Below, piece by piece: positions 20,398-31,253 of a stretch of DNA of 64,000 nucleotides. The stretch is from Promethearchaeota archaeon (GTDB taxonomy: Archaea; Asgardarchaeota; Lokiarchaeia; Sigyniarchaeales; SOKP01). Each line of letters opens with the position of its first letter. The first letter of the stretch is position 1. The stretch spans positions 80,619 to 144,618 of the forward strand of contig JAHPZJ010000008.1 of the NCBI GenBank assembly GCA_019058245.1, written 5' to 3'. A model generated the notes under the pieces. It made no database searches. It had not been told where the DNA came from and worked only from the letters and a program-made list of their open reading frames with translations. Made by a program: the position numbers and the translations under genes.

Positions 20398-21168
20398 TTA
20401 AGCTTTACCGTACTTTTTGAATAATATAATTCCTCCAATAAATATCACAAGGCTGAACATTATAAGTATTATCAAATCCCACCAAATTCTTAAATTACCT
20501 AGAGCAACACCATTAAATAGGAGAGTTAAAGCATCAGATACATAATACAATGGCATGAACATACCAATTAATTGTGTTTCGGGGGGTAAGGGGTATAAAC
20601 CCGACGCAAGCATCTGTTGTGGAAACATAAAAATCCAGACAATACCTCCTGCAGCTTTAGGATTCTTTGCTATAGTTGCTGTTAATAATCCAAAGCCAAT
20701 GGAGGATAGGGAGAAAACCATCATAAACACAAACGCAAGAGTAATCCCCGCAATTGCTCCATCAGGACGATATCCTAATAGAAAAGAAATAATACCGACT
20801 ATTATTACTTGGATAATTGCCATACACATATTTGATATCACATGACTTCCCATGAATTCTATTGCCGTCATGGGCGTCGTGTTGATTCTTTTTAATAATC
20901 CTTGTTCTCGATCTTCTGAAAAAGATAAAGCAACAGGCATTGCCATGAAAAGCGCGCTAATAGCAAATAATCCAGGAACCATAAAATCAAATATACTCCC
21001 TGTTTGATTTGTCCAACCATAGTTTTCAACAACTATCGATCCAAACGCAAGTCCCATTGTCAGGGTTAGTGCTATGGGGAGTAAAAGTATTATAAACAAT
21101 GTTGTCGGTACCCTTATAAGAGCTTTAACCTGTAACTTTACCAGAGCTAAAATTCTTTGGCGTTTCAT
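20398..21168 (-). CDS. ABC-2 type transporter permease
   Basis: 6 TM; FMVPG, DREQGLLKRINTTP, SGLYPL. Confidence 0.9.
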   Translation of the reverse strand: MKRQRILALVKLQVKALIRVPTTLFIILLLPIALTLTMGLAFGSIVVENYGWTNQTGSIFDFMVPGLFAISALFMAMPVALSFSEDREQGLLKRINTTPMTAIEFMGSHVISNMCMAIIQVIIVGIISFLLGYRPDGAIAGITLAFVFMMVFSLSSIGFGLLTATIAKNPKAAGGIVWIFMFPQQMLASGLYPLPPETQLIGMFMPLYYVSDALTLLFNGVALGNLRIWWDLIILIMFSLVIFIGGIILFKKYGKA

Positions 21169-21170
21169 TT

Positions 21171-21980
21171 TTAAAAGCCCTCCAAGATTCTTCTTCCTGT
21201 AATTTTCATGAATACTTCCTCCAGATCTTTAGCATTATACTTATCGATTAATTCTTTTGGTTGTCCTATTTCAATTAATTTACCGTAATCAATTATAGCT
21301 ACCCTATCACAAAGTGCTTCTGCTTCTTCAATATAATGTGTCGTCAAGATTATGGTTTTATTCTGTTCCTTTAATGAACCAATAAATTTCCAAGTTGTAC
21401 GCCTGACTCGTGGGTCCATTCCGACTGTAGGTTCATCTAAAAATATAATAGGAGGATCACTTATCAATGCTACAATAAGATTTAATTGTCGTAACATTCC
21501 CCCACTATAGCTTTTTGCTTTTCTATTACTAGCGTCTAGTAAGCCTAATAAGTCTAGGAATCTATCCGTCCTTTCATTTATCTTCTCTTTTTTCACGAGG
21601 TGTAAGTTCCCGAAAAATTCGATATTTTCCTTAGCATTTAAAAACTTATAAACTGCTGCTTCTTGTGGACATACGCCAATTAATTCTTTGATCTTGTTGA
21701 GGTCTTTCTTAACATTATATCCTCCTACAAAAGCATCTCCTTCGGTTTGGTTTATCAAACCACATAAAATGTTAATTGTAGTGGTTTTTCCCGCCCCATT
21801 TGGTCCTAAAAGTCCAAATATTTCGCCCTTGTTTATCGAAAATGATATTCCATCAACAGCCTTAACTTCCTTGATAACATTCTTACCAGAATAAATTTTT
21901 CTCAAATCTATAACTTCAATAGCATTCGGATTATCAGATCCAAATGTTAAATTATTGTTTTTTGATTTTGATTTTAACAT
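21171..21980 (-). CDS. ABC transporter ATP-binding protein
   Basis: GPNGAGKTT, YSGGM, LDEPT, TTHYIEEA. Confidence 0.95.
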   Translation of the reverse strand: MLKSKSKNNNLTFGSDNPNAIEVIDLRKIYSGKNVIKEVKAVDGISFSINKGEIFGLLGPNGAGKTTTINILCGLINQTEGDAFVGGYNVKKDLNKIKELIGVCPQEAAVYKFLNAKENIEFFGNLHLVKKEKINERTDRFLDLLGLLDASNRKAKSYSGGMLRQLNLIVALISDPPIIFLDEPTVGMDPRVRRTTWKFIGSLKEQNKTIILTTHYIEEAEALCDRVAIIDYGKLIEIGQPKELIDKYNAKDLEEVFMKITGRRILEGF

Positions 21981-22111
21981 TATTTTGATATCATACGATT
22001 TTTCTATATTTGAATAGACTAGGTATAGTGTATATTTAGTTCATAACTTAAATAATTATTTTTTACATTAATTAAGTACTATATTAATGTAAAATAAGAA
22101 ATAGAAATAAG

Positions 22112-22573
22112 CTATTTTAAAAAGTCTTTTAATATTGAGATAAAATCTTCAACTTTTACATCAGCACCTTCTATAGCGGGACCCTCTGCACCTTGCATTT
22201 TTATTTCAAGATATTCAGGACAGATATCTTCAACACACCCTATTTTTCCAAGAGTTTTTTTTATACCTTTAATGAAGAATTTTTTCCAACCCAATGCATG
22301 AGTAGAAAAATATGCAACTTTCGAAATTGGTTTCTTGATGACTTTATCTAAATTATTAACAAATGCTCGGATTTCCTTATCTGAACAAAATGCAATAATT
22401 CGAACTGCAATGATTAAACCATAAGGCTCATCTTGGGTGATATCTTTAGGGCTAATATTTTTAATACTACCAACACTTATATCATATTTATCTTTTAAAC
22501 CCTCAGCAAGTTGTTTTGAAATCTTTTCAGAATTTCCATGCAGAGAGTTATGAATTATCCAAATCTTTTTCAT
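22112..22573 (-). CDS. Flavodoxin-domain protein
   Basis: IIHNSLHGNSEKI FMN-binding-loop-like start. Confidence 0.7.
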   Translation of the reverse strand: MKKIWIIHNSLHGNSEKISKQLAEGLKDKYDISVGSIKNISPKDITQDEPYGLIIAVRIIAFCSDKEIRAFVNNLDKVIKKPISKVAYFSTHALGWKKFFIKGIKKTLGKIGCVEDICPEYLEIKMQGAEGPAIEGADVKVEDFISILKDFLK

Positions 22574-22718
22574 TTTTTATACCTCAAATTTGTATTAAAA
22601 TGCATTTTATATATAATAAGGGAAAAAGCAAATACTATATGAAATTTCAATAGTCCATTTTTTATTCTAATCTATTTAATTTTCAAATTTTATTTTCTAA
22701 AATGAATAAATTTATGAG

Positions 22719-23630
22719 ATGTCTAATATAACATTTATTAAGAACCAAAAGTTTTTGATTTCAATAACGCTAAAACTGGATAAAATGGATAAAAAAGAAC
22801 TATTATATTGTTTAAATTGTGGCAAAGAGATTGCTGCAGATCACAAATCAGGTAATCACTTTTGTGCTGAGTGTGTTTTAGGTTTAAATTTTCAAATTAC
22901 AGATTTGAAGCACGAACAAATAGATAAATATCTCCAGAAAATATTAGATTTTTTTATTTCAGATGTAAATGTTGCTTTTAATAAAGATCCGGCAGCAAAA
23001 TCTCTCATTGAAGTTTTAACAAGTTATCCTGGGATAAAAGCGATTCTTTTATATCGTATCGCGCATTTTTTTTGGAAAATTGGAATGCCATTTATCCCAA
23101 GATATATATCTGAAATTGCACGAGAGCTAACGGGTATCGAAATTCATCCTGGTGCAGAAATTGGTGGGGATTTTTTTATTGATCATGGAACTGGTTGTGT
23201 TATTGGGGAAACTACAGAAATTGGGAATAATGTCACCATATTTTCAGGTGTAGTTTTTGGAGGCACCAATATTAAACCTGTTAAAAGACATCCTACCTTA
23301 GGAAATAATATTGTTGTAGGTACAGGAGCTAAAATTCTAGGACCTGTTAAAATTGGAGATAATGTAAAAATTGGAGCGAATTCCGTGGTTGTAAATGATG
23401 TACCACCAAACTCAGTAGTAGTGGGTGTACCAGGTAAAATTATTACAAGAGAGGGTGAAAAAATTGAGAAGATAGATTTACGCCATGGTGACTTACCTGA
23501 TCCCCTCACAATTACTATAAAGACTTTAGATAATAGAATAAAAGAATTGGAGAATAAAATTTTAACCCAAAAGGAAAAGAAAAAGGAAAAATTTGAAATA
23601 TTTTATGGGGAATATGGAGAGGGAATTTAA
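22719..23630 (+). CDS. cysE: Serine O-acetyltransferase with an N-terminal Cys4 motif (true start may be ATG 22785)
   Basis: DPAA, YPG, TGIEIHPGA, FIDHGTG, KRHPTLG, hexapeptide repeats. Confidence 0.93.
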   Translation: MSNITFIKNQKFLISITLKLDKMDKKELLYCLNCGKEIAADHKSGNHFCAECVLGLNFQITDLKHEQIDKYLQKILDFFISDVNVAFNKDPAAKSLIEVLTSYPGIKAILLYRIAHFFWKIGMPFIPRYISEIARELTGIEIHPGAEIGGDFFIDHGTGCVIGETTEIGNNVTIFSGVVFGGTNIKPVKRHPTLGNNIVVGTGAKILGPVKIGDNVKIGANSVVVNDVPPNSVVVGVPGKIITREGEKIEKIDLRHGDLPDPLTITIKTLDNRIKELENKILTQKEKKKEKFEIFYGEYGEGI

Positions 23631-23663
23631 AATCTCTTAAAGAAAATTTTAAAAAAATTAAGT

Positions 23664-24599
23664 GTGAGGTTTATGGGAGTATATAATAATATAATTGAGA
23701 CAATAGGAAAAACTCCGTTAGTAAAGTTTAACAAGATTGCAAAAGATATCAAACCTTCTATTTATGGAAAATTAGAGTATTTTAATCCGGGAGGTAGCGT
23801 GAAAGATAGAATTGGTATGTCAATGATACAAAAAGCTGAAGAAGAAGGATTGATTTCTCAAGACACGATTATCGTGGAACCAACTTCAGGAAACACAGGA
23901 ATAGGATTAGCGCTTGTTTGTGCAGCTAAAGGATATCAGTTAATTCTTACAATGCCCGACAACATGTCTATTGAAAGACGAAAGATTTTGAAAGCATATG
24001 GTGCTAAAATTGAATTAACTCCTGCTTCGGAAGGATTGAAAGCTGCAATTGAAAAAGCTGAGGAGATTGCAAAGGAGAAAGGAAATGTATTTATTCCTCA
24101 ACAGTTTAAAAATTCAGCTAATCCTGAAATTCATCGAAAAACTACAGCTAAGGAAATTTTTAACGATTTGTCAGGACAAGTTGATGGATTTGTAGCAGGA
24201 GTCGGAACAGGCGGAACACTAACGGGGATTGGTGAAATTTTAAAAGACAGAGTTGGTGCAAGATTAAAAATCTATGCTGTGGAACCAAAAGATTCACCTG
24301 TATTGTCTGGTGGAACTTCTGGACCTCATAAAATTCAGGGAATTGGGGCTGGATTCATTCCCGATGTATTAAATAGAGATATTATTGATAAGATAATAAC
24401 AGTTGAATATGAAGATGCTATTCAAACTGCTAGGAAATTAGCTAAATTAGAAGGTATCTTCGTAGGAATATCTTCTGGAGCAAATGCCTGGGCGGCATTA
24501 TATGAAGCATCAAAAGATTTCGATAAAGGAGATAATATTGTTACAATTATGTGTGATACTGGAGAAAGATACCTCACAACTGATTTATTCGAGGTCTAA
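23664..24599 (+). CDS. cysK: Cysteine synthase A
   Basis: NPGGSVKDR (PLP Lys), EPTSGNTG, GVGTGGT, HKIQGIG. Confidence 0.95.
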   Translation: MRFMGVYNNIIETIGKTPLVKFNKIAKDIKPSIYGKLEYFNPGGSVKDRIGMSMIQKAEEEGLISQDTIIVEPTSGNTGIGLALVCAAKGYQLILTMPDNMSIERRKILKAYGAKIELTPASEGLKAAIEKAEEIAKEKGNVFIPQQFKNSANPEIHRKTTAKEIFNDLSGQVDGFVAGVGTGGTLTGIGEILKDRVGARLKIYAVEPKDSPVLSGGTSGPHKIQGIGAGFIPDVLNRDIIDKIITVEYEDAIQTARKLAKLEGIFVGISSGANAWAALYEASKDFDKGDNIVTIMCDTGERYLTTDLFEV

Positions 24600-24633
24600 T
24601 AATCTGCAATTATATTTAACTTAAAATATTTCT

Positions 24634-25776
24634 TTATTTTTTGGTTTTTAGGCCTCCTTTTGAACCTTTTAGGTTAGTTCCATCAATTCTTTTAACAGCC
24701 TTTATAAATTGTGTATCAAAATCAACAGCATTTTTATATATTCGTGAAAGGAATAAAGTTATCCAAGGAGAAGGCACTATTTTTTGTCCAAATGAAAAAT
24801 TCTTAAACCAAAGATAAACAGATTGAGGAATAAAAACACCACTTGAGTTGAATTTTAATATACTAACTGCGGCTAATTCTCGAAAAGCTTGAGTTTTTAC
24901 CAATGTTGGATAATGTCTAGTAGCATCTAAAATAGTTCCAATATTATACCAGAAAAATGGTGCTCTGGGTAATCTAAAATTTCTACCATGTCCAAACATA
25001 TATGGTTTATGTTCTGATCGGTTGATCCAACAATTTAATAATGTTTTTCCTGCTTCAAGTAAACTATCAGGCCATTTTTTTTGAGATACCACCCAATATC
25101 CTCTCAGAGCATCAGCTACGATCATAGGACACACATCATTAACTCTTCCAGGACCTCGACGCTTATAATATAGCCATGGTTCACATTTCCAGCTTTTTCC
25201 TTGATTTGTTTCTTTTAATAGCTCATTCATTCTTTTAAGTCCAAATTGAACACGTTTATCATTCTCTAAGCCTGCTAATAATAATACAGAAACAATAAGG
25301 TTATGATCACATAATGCACTTGACCACATAGGATATTTAGTTTTTGTTTTTCGATCATAGGCTTCAATATAAGCGAGAAATTGTCCATTTTCTTCATCTT
25401 GATGCGAAAGGATTTTATTTATCGCTTCTTGCATTCGTTTATCATCTTCTGGTCTTACACCCCAATCTAATAATAACCATAATTGGTTTGGGAGATAATC
25501 TGCTCTATTATGTGCTTTTGTAAGATCTTTTTCCCAATCTGATAGATTATCTATTAAAAAATTCACAAGGGGATCTTTTAAAACATTATTATGAGCATTA
25601 ATAACATCAGGATGATCTAAGGGGAAATCGAATAAATCAGTTAATGTTCGAAAAACTGAAAATGATTCATCAGACTCGATAAGATACTGCCTTGGATCAT
25701 TGGGAAGGATCTTAACCCAATCTGCTTCTTCATGAACTTTTTCTTGAATGTCGCTTGAATTAATATCCATTTTCAC
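24634..25776 (-). CDS. Hypothetical alpha/alpha-toroid (prenyltransferase/squalene-cyclase-like) protein
   Basis: HQDEENGQF QW-like motif, LCDH, conserved Cys, FWYNI, PSPWIT. Confidence 0.6.
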   Translation of the reverse strand: MKMDINSSDIQEKVHEEADWVKILPNDPRQYLIESDESFSVFRTLTDLFDFPLDHPDVINAHNNVLKDPLVNFLIDNLSDWEKDLTKAHNRADYLPNQLWLLLDWGVRPEDDKRMQEAINKILSHQDEENGQFLAYIEAYDRKTKTKYPMWSSALCDHNLIVSVLLLAGLENDKRVQFGLKRMNELLKETNQGKSWKCEPWLYYKRRGPGRVNDVCPMIVADALRGYWVVSQKKWPDSLLEAGKTLLNCWINRSEHKPYMFGHGRNFRLPRAPFFWYNIGTILDATRHYPTLVKTQAFRELAAVSILKFNSSGVFIPQSVYLWFKNFSFGQKIVPSPWITLFLSRIYKNAVDFDTQFIKAVKRIDGTNLKGSKGGLKTKK

Positions 25777-25805
25777 AATTATTAAATCACTTAATATTTA
25801 TTGAA

Positions 25806-26354
25806 TTATTTCATAAATTCAAAAAAGTTTACAGAAAGATCAATAAGATCTCTACTAGATTTTCCATTTTTAATCTTCTTTTCGATATCTGAATTTACTT
25901 TATCCTTTTTGCCATTTGCAATCGCAATTAAATTCTCTATATTCCAATTTTTATATCGTTTTGAAAGCCCTTGAAAAAAAATCGGAGCAGGGGGCATCAT
26001 AGGTGATTTAGGTTGTTTCGGAACTTCTGTACAAGTTCCCGCGTCTAAGTCAAGAAATTCACATTCACTACATGACGTAATATTTTTTTGTTTAGTACAT
26101 TGATTTATTACGCAATCTGCTCTACCTTGACAGCCTGGACATGGTGGATAGGATTTTAATAGTTCCAAAGTTTCAATAAATCCTGTGAAGTTCTCTTTTT
26201 TAAATTGTGGGTTAAACATTAGAATAAGTCCTTGGAACATTGGATCCTCAAACATTTTAGATAAGTATTTTGCAGAATCTTGAAGTTTAGTAGTGTTGCT
26301 ATCACACAAATCACAACTTAACCCACATGATGTTAAATTATAATTTTTAACCAT
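25806..26354 (-). CDS. DUF3795-family Cys-rich protein
   Basis: CGLSCDLC...CPGC...C.I..C...K.ITSCSEC. Confidence 0.8.
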   Translation of the reverse strand: MVKNYNLTSCGLSCDLCDSNTTKLQDSAKYLSKMFEDPMFQGLILMFNPQFKKENFTGFIETLELLKSYPPCPGCQGRADCVINQCTKQKNITSCSECEFLDLDAGTCTEVPKQPKSPMMPPAPIFFQGLSKRYKNWNIENLIAIANGKKDKVNSDIEKKIKNGKSSRDLIDLSVNFFEFMK

Positions 26355-26483
26355 TTTTACTCACAAATTATAGGTTATTTTCTAGGTTAAATTAATTTAG
26401 TTAATTATTTTTTTATAAATCGTCTTGTAATTTAAAGAATATTGTAGGAAAAGTGTAATAAAAGCGAAATTTTAAATTGGATT

Positions 26484-27413
26484 ATGTCCATTTTTTTTCA
26501 TATAATATTGAAATCGGGACATAGTGTGGATGCAAAAGATTTCGAAATATTGAAAATATTAGATATAAACTGCCGGATCTCATATTCTAAGGTTACTGAA
26601 ATAATCAATTTACCACTACGAAAAGTATCAAATAGAATCGATAATTTAATCAAGCAAAATATTATTGCTCGTTTTACGGTACAATTTAATTATAATTCAC
26701 TTGGATATCGGCATTATATTGGCTCAGTAGGACCAGCTGAGGGAAAAATGGCTAATATTATTTTTCAAGAACTCAAATTTATCAATGAGATATATCGCAT
26801 TTGGGAATTAATTGATGGAACATTCACTATATCTTTTTTTTGTAGAGATGCTAAACATCTTGAAGAGGTTATAAACAATATCTTAAACATCGGAGCTGAA
26901 TTGCATGATTATACGGAAACACGAGTACATTTTCCCTCAGATATTCCATACTCCTTGACTGATTGGCAAATTATATTTTATTTATTAAGTAATAGTAGAG
27001 CTTCTAAAAAGGAGATAGCTTTAGCATTAAATATAAGTGAAAAAACTGTCAATCGTAGAATTAGGAGGATGGTAAATATGAAATTAATTTCATTTATACC
27101 AGAAATTAATTTTGAAGCCATTTCAGGATTCATACCTGCAGTAGTTACTTTAGAAACTATAGGTCCTTCGAAACGAATATATTTGAAAATGAAAGAAGAC
27201 CGTTCAATTAAATATTGGAGAAATGCTGGTTCAGTATCTCCTTCAATTGTATTATTTATTTATGGAAAAAACATGAAAGATATTTATAATATGTATCGAA
27301 AACTTGAAAACAGAGAAGATATAAAAAGAGCTAGTCTAACTTTTGTTGTAAGAAATTTCGAAAACTCAACATTAATAGAAGATGCTGTTTTAGAAAAAAT
27401 TCAGGGTGGTTAG
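26484..27413 (+). CDS. Lrp/AsnC-family regulator with duplicated HTH
   Basis: Two wHTH units (DAKDFEILKIL..NCRISY; TDWQII..L..NSRAS.KEIA..L.ISEKTV..RI). Confidence 0.85.
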   Translation: MSIFFHIILKSGHSVDAKDFEILKILDINCRISYSKVTEIINLPLRKVSNRIDNLIKQNIIARFTVQFNYNSLGYRHYIGSVGPAEGKMANIIFQELKFINEIYRIWELIDGTFTISFFCRDAKHLEEVINNILNIGAELHDYTETRVHFPSDIPYSLTDWQIIFYLLSNSRASKKEIALALNISEKTVNRRIRRMVNMKLISFIPEINFEAISGFIPAVVTLETIGPSKRIYLKMKEDRSIKYWRNAGSVSPSIVLFIYGKNMKDIYNMYRKLENREDIKRASLTFVVRNFENSTLIEDAVLEKIQGG

Positions 27414-27552
27414 CATGATTCTAACAAGTTAGAAAAGAAATATTTTCAAGATGAAAAAAATAAGATAATAGGGAAAGTAAATAGAACACATTGTATAGTA
27501 TATGCTAAAGTTATAGCCTAAAAGTAAAAAAAGAAACCTTTTGAATTGAAAC

Positions 27553-28446
27553 TTAATTATTTACTAAACCACTAATTATATAACTTATCCATAGGCCTGG
27601 TTTTTTAGGGATATCAAATTCTATCCATGCATCTTTCATATAAGATGTGTCTGCTTGCCAGTATCCGTCTGGTCGTTGTTTATCCTTTAATATTTGCATA
27701 GCTTCATTAGTACGTTCATCTTCCAAAAGACAATTTTCCTTAAGTAGGGATAAGAGTTCTATAAGATTTGATTTATATGGATATGGGTAAAAGTTTAAAA
27801 TAATAGAATTCTCTATTGGTTTATCTATTGATAATTTCTTAAACACCCTATGCTCAAGAATGTAATTTAATCCTTTTTTAAGTTTGTTATTGACTCTTTC
27901 TGAGCTTCCAAATCGTTTCTTATATTCTGTAAGAGCAATCATGGATTTTACTACTCCATAATAACAAGGAACTTTTTTCATGCAACCTCCAAATCTCGTA
28001 TGGAGATCTTTACCAGGCCAAGTACTTTTTTTACCCCTCTCAATGGATTGGTACTTTAATATCCAATTTATCCCGGCATCTAGTTTTTCTTTATCCTTAT
28101 ATCCCATCTTAATAAGGATTATAGTAATCAATGCATTGTGGCATGAAAGAAAATTGTCCTTATTACCCTGTAAAGAGAACCCTTCTTGAATATATGATTT
28201 ATCTACAAGGAGATTGATCCAATTCTGAACTTTTTCTAAAGTATTCGTGAATGGAATTTCAGAAAGTTCTAATAGACGCCATTCATAGGCGCGGATACCT
28301 ACAAAAGTATCTGGTCTCCGTTTTGGATTTTCTAAAAGCTTATTTATAAGTTCTGATTGTTCAAGCATTTTCTGAGCTTTCTTTATAGGTATATTCTCTC
28401 GATTTTCATAAGCCTTTTTTAAGGTTAAAGCAGAATCTTCAATCAT
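27553..28446 (-). CDS. Hypothetical alpha/alpha-toroid protein
   Basis: LSCHNA, GINWILKYQ, GGC..KVPCY, YPYPYKSN, KQRPDGYW, KPGLWIS. Confidence 0.6.
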   Translation of the reverse strand: MIEDSALTLKKAYENRENIPIKKAQKMLEQSELINKLLENPKRRPDTFVGIRAYEWRLLELSEIPFTNTLEKVQNWINLLVDKSYIQEGFSLQGNKDNFLSCHNALITIILIKMGYKDKEKLDAGINWILKYQSIERGKKSTWPGKDLHTRFGGCMKKVPCYYGVVKSMIALTEYKKRFGSSERVNNKLKKGLNYILEHRVFKKLSIDKPIENSIILNFYPYPYKSNLIELLSLLKENCLLEDERTNEAMQILKDKQRPDGYWQADTSYMKDAWIEFDIPKKPGLWISYIISGLVNN

Positions 28447-28607
28447 AATATTTAATATTATGAAGTATTGTTATTTTAGTTAAGGTTAAGAAACTAAGTA
28501 AATTTCAGATAGTTGATATAACAGAAGACCATAGGTTCCTAGCCACGATTTGTCCTTACATACTTAAATATCATTGCTCCCTTGTTTACTATAATAACCT
28601 TAAAGGT

Positions 28608-29345
28608 GTGATCATGGAAAAAAGTGAGAATGAAAAAAATGGATTAATTCAGAGTCAAAAATCATTATATATAAAATTGAGGAGAGTAAATCAGTTATTC
28701 AAATATCATTTCTCGTCGCTTATCTTGTTATTTTTATTTGCATTAGTGTTTATGATTCTATGGACATATTTGTTGATCACCGGACAGATAATAATGACCC
28801 TATCTCAACGATATGGCTTATTTGGAATAATAGTGGATACAATTATGACTGTAATTCTTCTTATACTAATCATTCAAATAGGATATCAGATTAATATTTT
28901 AAGCTTATTTGTATTCAAAGGAAACCGTTCTCTAAAACAAGCTAAAGGTAAAGAAGAAACAAAAGCTGCTCTTTATAAAGGGATCATCCCATATATAGCA
29001 AATTTTTATACATTTTTCAATCGCTATGCAAAAGAAAAAACAAATTTGAGTAAAATAGTGAAAACTTTCTTTTTCCTTAATTTCTTTTCCGGTTTTTATG
29101 GGATCTTTTTAATTACACGTCTTTTAGGTGCCGAAGTAACGAATGCTCTCCTATTTTTCTGTTTGTCAATGTTGTTTTTGGCAATGGTAGGTTTTTGGTT
29201 AATGAATTTAGGTACTTCAATTAAAATAAGAAATGAGGTTGATAAATGGGAAAAATTATTTCCTAAATTAGAAGAATGGGCACAGAATATAGAACAAATC
29301 TCTTCAAAAAATTCAAATCTTTTTAACAAGGAGGAACTCCCTTAA
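28608..29345 (+). CDS. 4-TM membrane protein, hypothetical
   Basis: Two TM hairpins; GGTG RBS. Confidence 0.75.
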   Translation: MIMEKSENEKNGLIQSQKSLYIKLRRVNQLFKYHFSSLILLFLFALVFMILWTYLLITGQIIMTLSQRYGLFGIIVDTIMTVILLILIIQIGYQINILSLFVFKGNRSLKQAKGKEETKAALYKGIIPYIANFYTFFNRYAKEKTNLSKIVKTFFFLNFFSGFYGIFLITRLLGAEVTNALLFFCLSMLFLAMVGFWLMNLGTSIKIRNEVDKWEKLFPKLEEWAQNIEQISSKNSNLFNKEELP

Positions 29346-29367
29346 TTACTAATTCGGTGATTTCTAA

Positions 29368-29634
29368 ATGAGTTCTTCAAGACGTAGTAAATTCGAAATC
29401 TGGGCAGAAGTATTAGAGCTTTGCCTAAGAGAAAAAAGAACTCAAACTTGGTTACTACGAGAAACCCGTTTAAAGACGAGTGCTATAAAAGAAACTCTTC
29501 AATTTCTGTTATCTCGAAATCTGATTGAAAAATTTAATGAGGACGATGTAACCAAATATTCCACAACCCATCACGGAGAAGAAGCATTAAAGAGATTTTA
29601 TACTCTTGTTAATGAATATTTTGATATATATTAA
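29368..29634 (+). CDS. Winged-helix transcriptional regulator (HTH_45/ArnR1-like)
   Basis: RRSKFEIWAEVL...YSTTHHG; GGTGA RBS. Confidence 0.85.
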   Translation: MSSSRRSKFEIWAEVLELCLREKRTQTWLLRETRLKTSAIKETLQFLLSRNLIEKFNEDDVTKYSTTHHGEEALKRFYTLVNEYFDIY

Positions 29635-30147
29635 AGCAGATGATGATCCATTTGATTATATTTCAATCTTTTTTATCTATAGTTATTATTTACTGTTTTC
29701 TTTTTCATATTTACTTTTTAAAATATTTGTTATATTTCTTTCTCAAAAGATTTTTTCTAATTTGATTGTAAAATTTGTTTCTTTTTATACATTCTTTTAA
29801 ATTATCAGAGCAAAAATTATAGGAAATTCCAGGTTTTTTTAAAGTGTATGTTATACTAAAATTCGCCTCTAGATAGAGAATTATTAAATTATATTTAATA
29901 TTACAAAAAAAATTCAGAAATTTCTATTTTATTATTATTCAAATTCAAATAATTTTCAATATTACCTATAATAGATAAAATAAGAATAAGATATCATTAT
30001 AAAATAATAATTTTTTAATTGTATACTATAATTTGAATTAAAATCCTATAGAAAATCAATACAACATCTTCAGATATTCTTAAGGAATGAAAGGATCTTA
30101 ATTAATTGGCAAAAAAATTTTTTAATTTACATCATTAGATATTTTAT

Positions 30148-31110
30148 TTATAAACCAACTTTTTTAATTACTTCCTCAAGTTTATTCGCGGATTTTTTGA
30201 AGCTATTTATTTCATCATTATTCAATTCAATATTAAGAGCCTCTTGGATACCGTTTTTATTAACGATACTAGGTAAACTTAGATACACATCATTTACTCC
30301 ATAGAAATCTTCAATAAGAGTTGAAACTGGTAAAATCGTATTCTCATCGTTAATAATAGCTTGAGAAATTCTTGCTAATGCCAAACCAATACCATAAGAG
30401 GTCTCTCCTTTTCTTTCAATTATTTTATATGCTGAATCTCTCACCTCTTCAAAAATATCTTGAAATACTTTATCAGAATCATTAGAATTGATATTTTTAC
30501 TCAAATCACAATAATTTTTTATATAAGTCCCACCAACTATGGCACTACTCCATACGGCAAATTCACTATCACCATGTTCCCCTAATATATAAGCATGTAC
30601 ATTTCTAGCATTTACCCCACAATATTTTGCCAATAAATATCTAAATCTAGCAGTATCTAAGGTTGTACCTGATCCCATAATTTCATTTTTAGGTTTTCCA
30701 GAAATTTTATATGTAGCATAAGATAATATATCAACTGGATTCGAGACAACTAAGTATATGCTATGTGGAGCATACTGTTGTATTTTAGGAATAAACTTTC
30801 GAAATAATTCTACGTTTTTATTTGCTAAAGCAATTCTAGTTTCACCAGGTTCTTGATTCTTACCTGCAGTAATCACTACAATATCTGAATCTGTAATATC
30901 TTCATAATCGCCAGAAATTATATTAACAGGATTTGTATAGGGCGCAGTATGAGACAAATCCATGACTTCTCCTTCCAATCTCTTACGATTTATGTCAACC
31001 ATTACAATTTCTCGAGTAATTCCTCTTATAATTAAAGCATAAGCAAATCTTGTTCCAACATTTCCGCAACCAATTATAGAAATTTTTGGATGCAAACTTT
31101 CTTTTTTCAA
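30148..31110 (-). CDS. ldh: L-lactate dehydrogenase
   Basis: GCGNVG, TAGKNQEPGETR (Gln specificity residue), NPVD, LDTAR, LGEHGDS. Confidence 0.9.
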   Translation of the reverse strand: MKKESLHPKISIIGCGNVGTRFAYALIIRGITREIVMVDINRKRLEGEVMDLSHTAPYTNPVNIISGDYEDITDSDIVVITAGKNQEPGETRIALANKNVELFRKFIPKIQQYAPHSIYLVVSNPVDILSYATYKISGKPKNEIMGSGTTLDTARFRYLLAKYCGVNARNVHAYILGEHGDSEFAVWSSAIVGGTYIKNYCDLSKNINSNDSDKVFQDIFEEVRDSAYKIIERKGETSYGIGLALARISQAIINDENTILPVSTLIEDFYGVNDVYLSLPSIVNKNGIQEALNIELNNDEINSFKKSANKLEEVIKKVGL

Positions 31111-31253
31111 GATTAAAATTTCACCTAATAGTTAATTTTGAATTAAGTATAAAAGTCTTATGTCTAAAAAAATAAGATTTTAATTAAATCGGTTAAAAAG
31201 ATATTAAATTTTATGTATTGAATTTGTGTTTTAAAAATCTTTACTTATTATCA

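Noticed and set aside
29606-29800. 64-aa F/I/Y-rich ORF
   Set aside because: Low-complexity T-rich terminator or intergenic sequence
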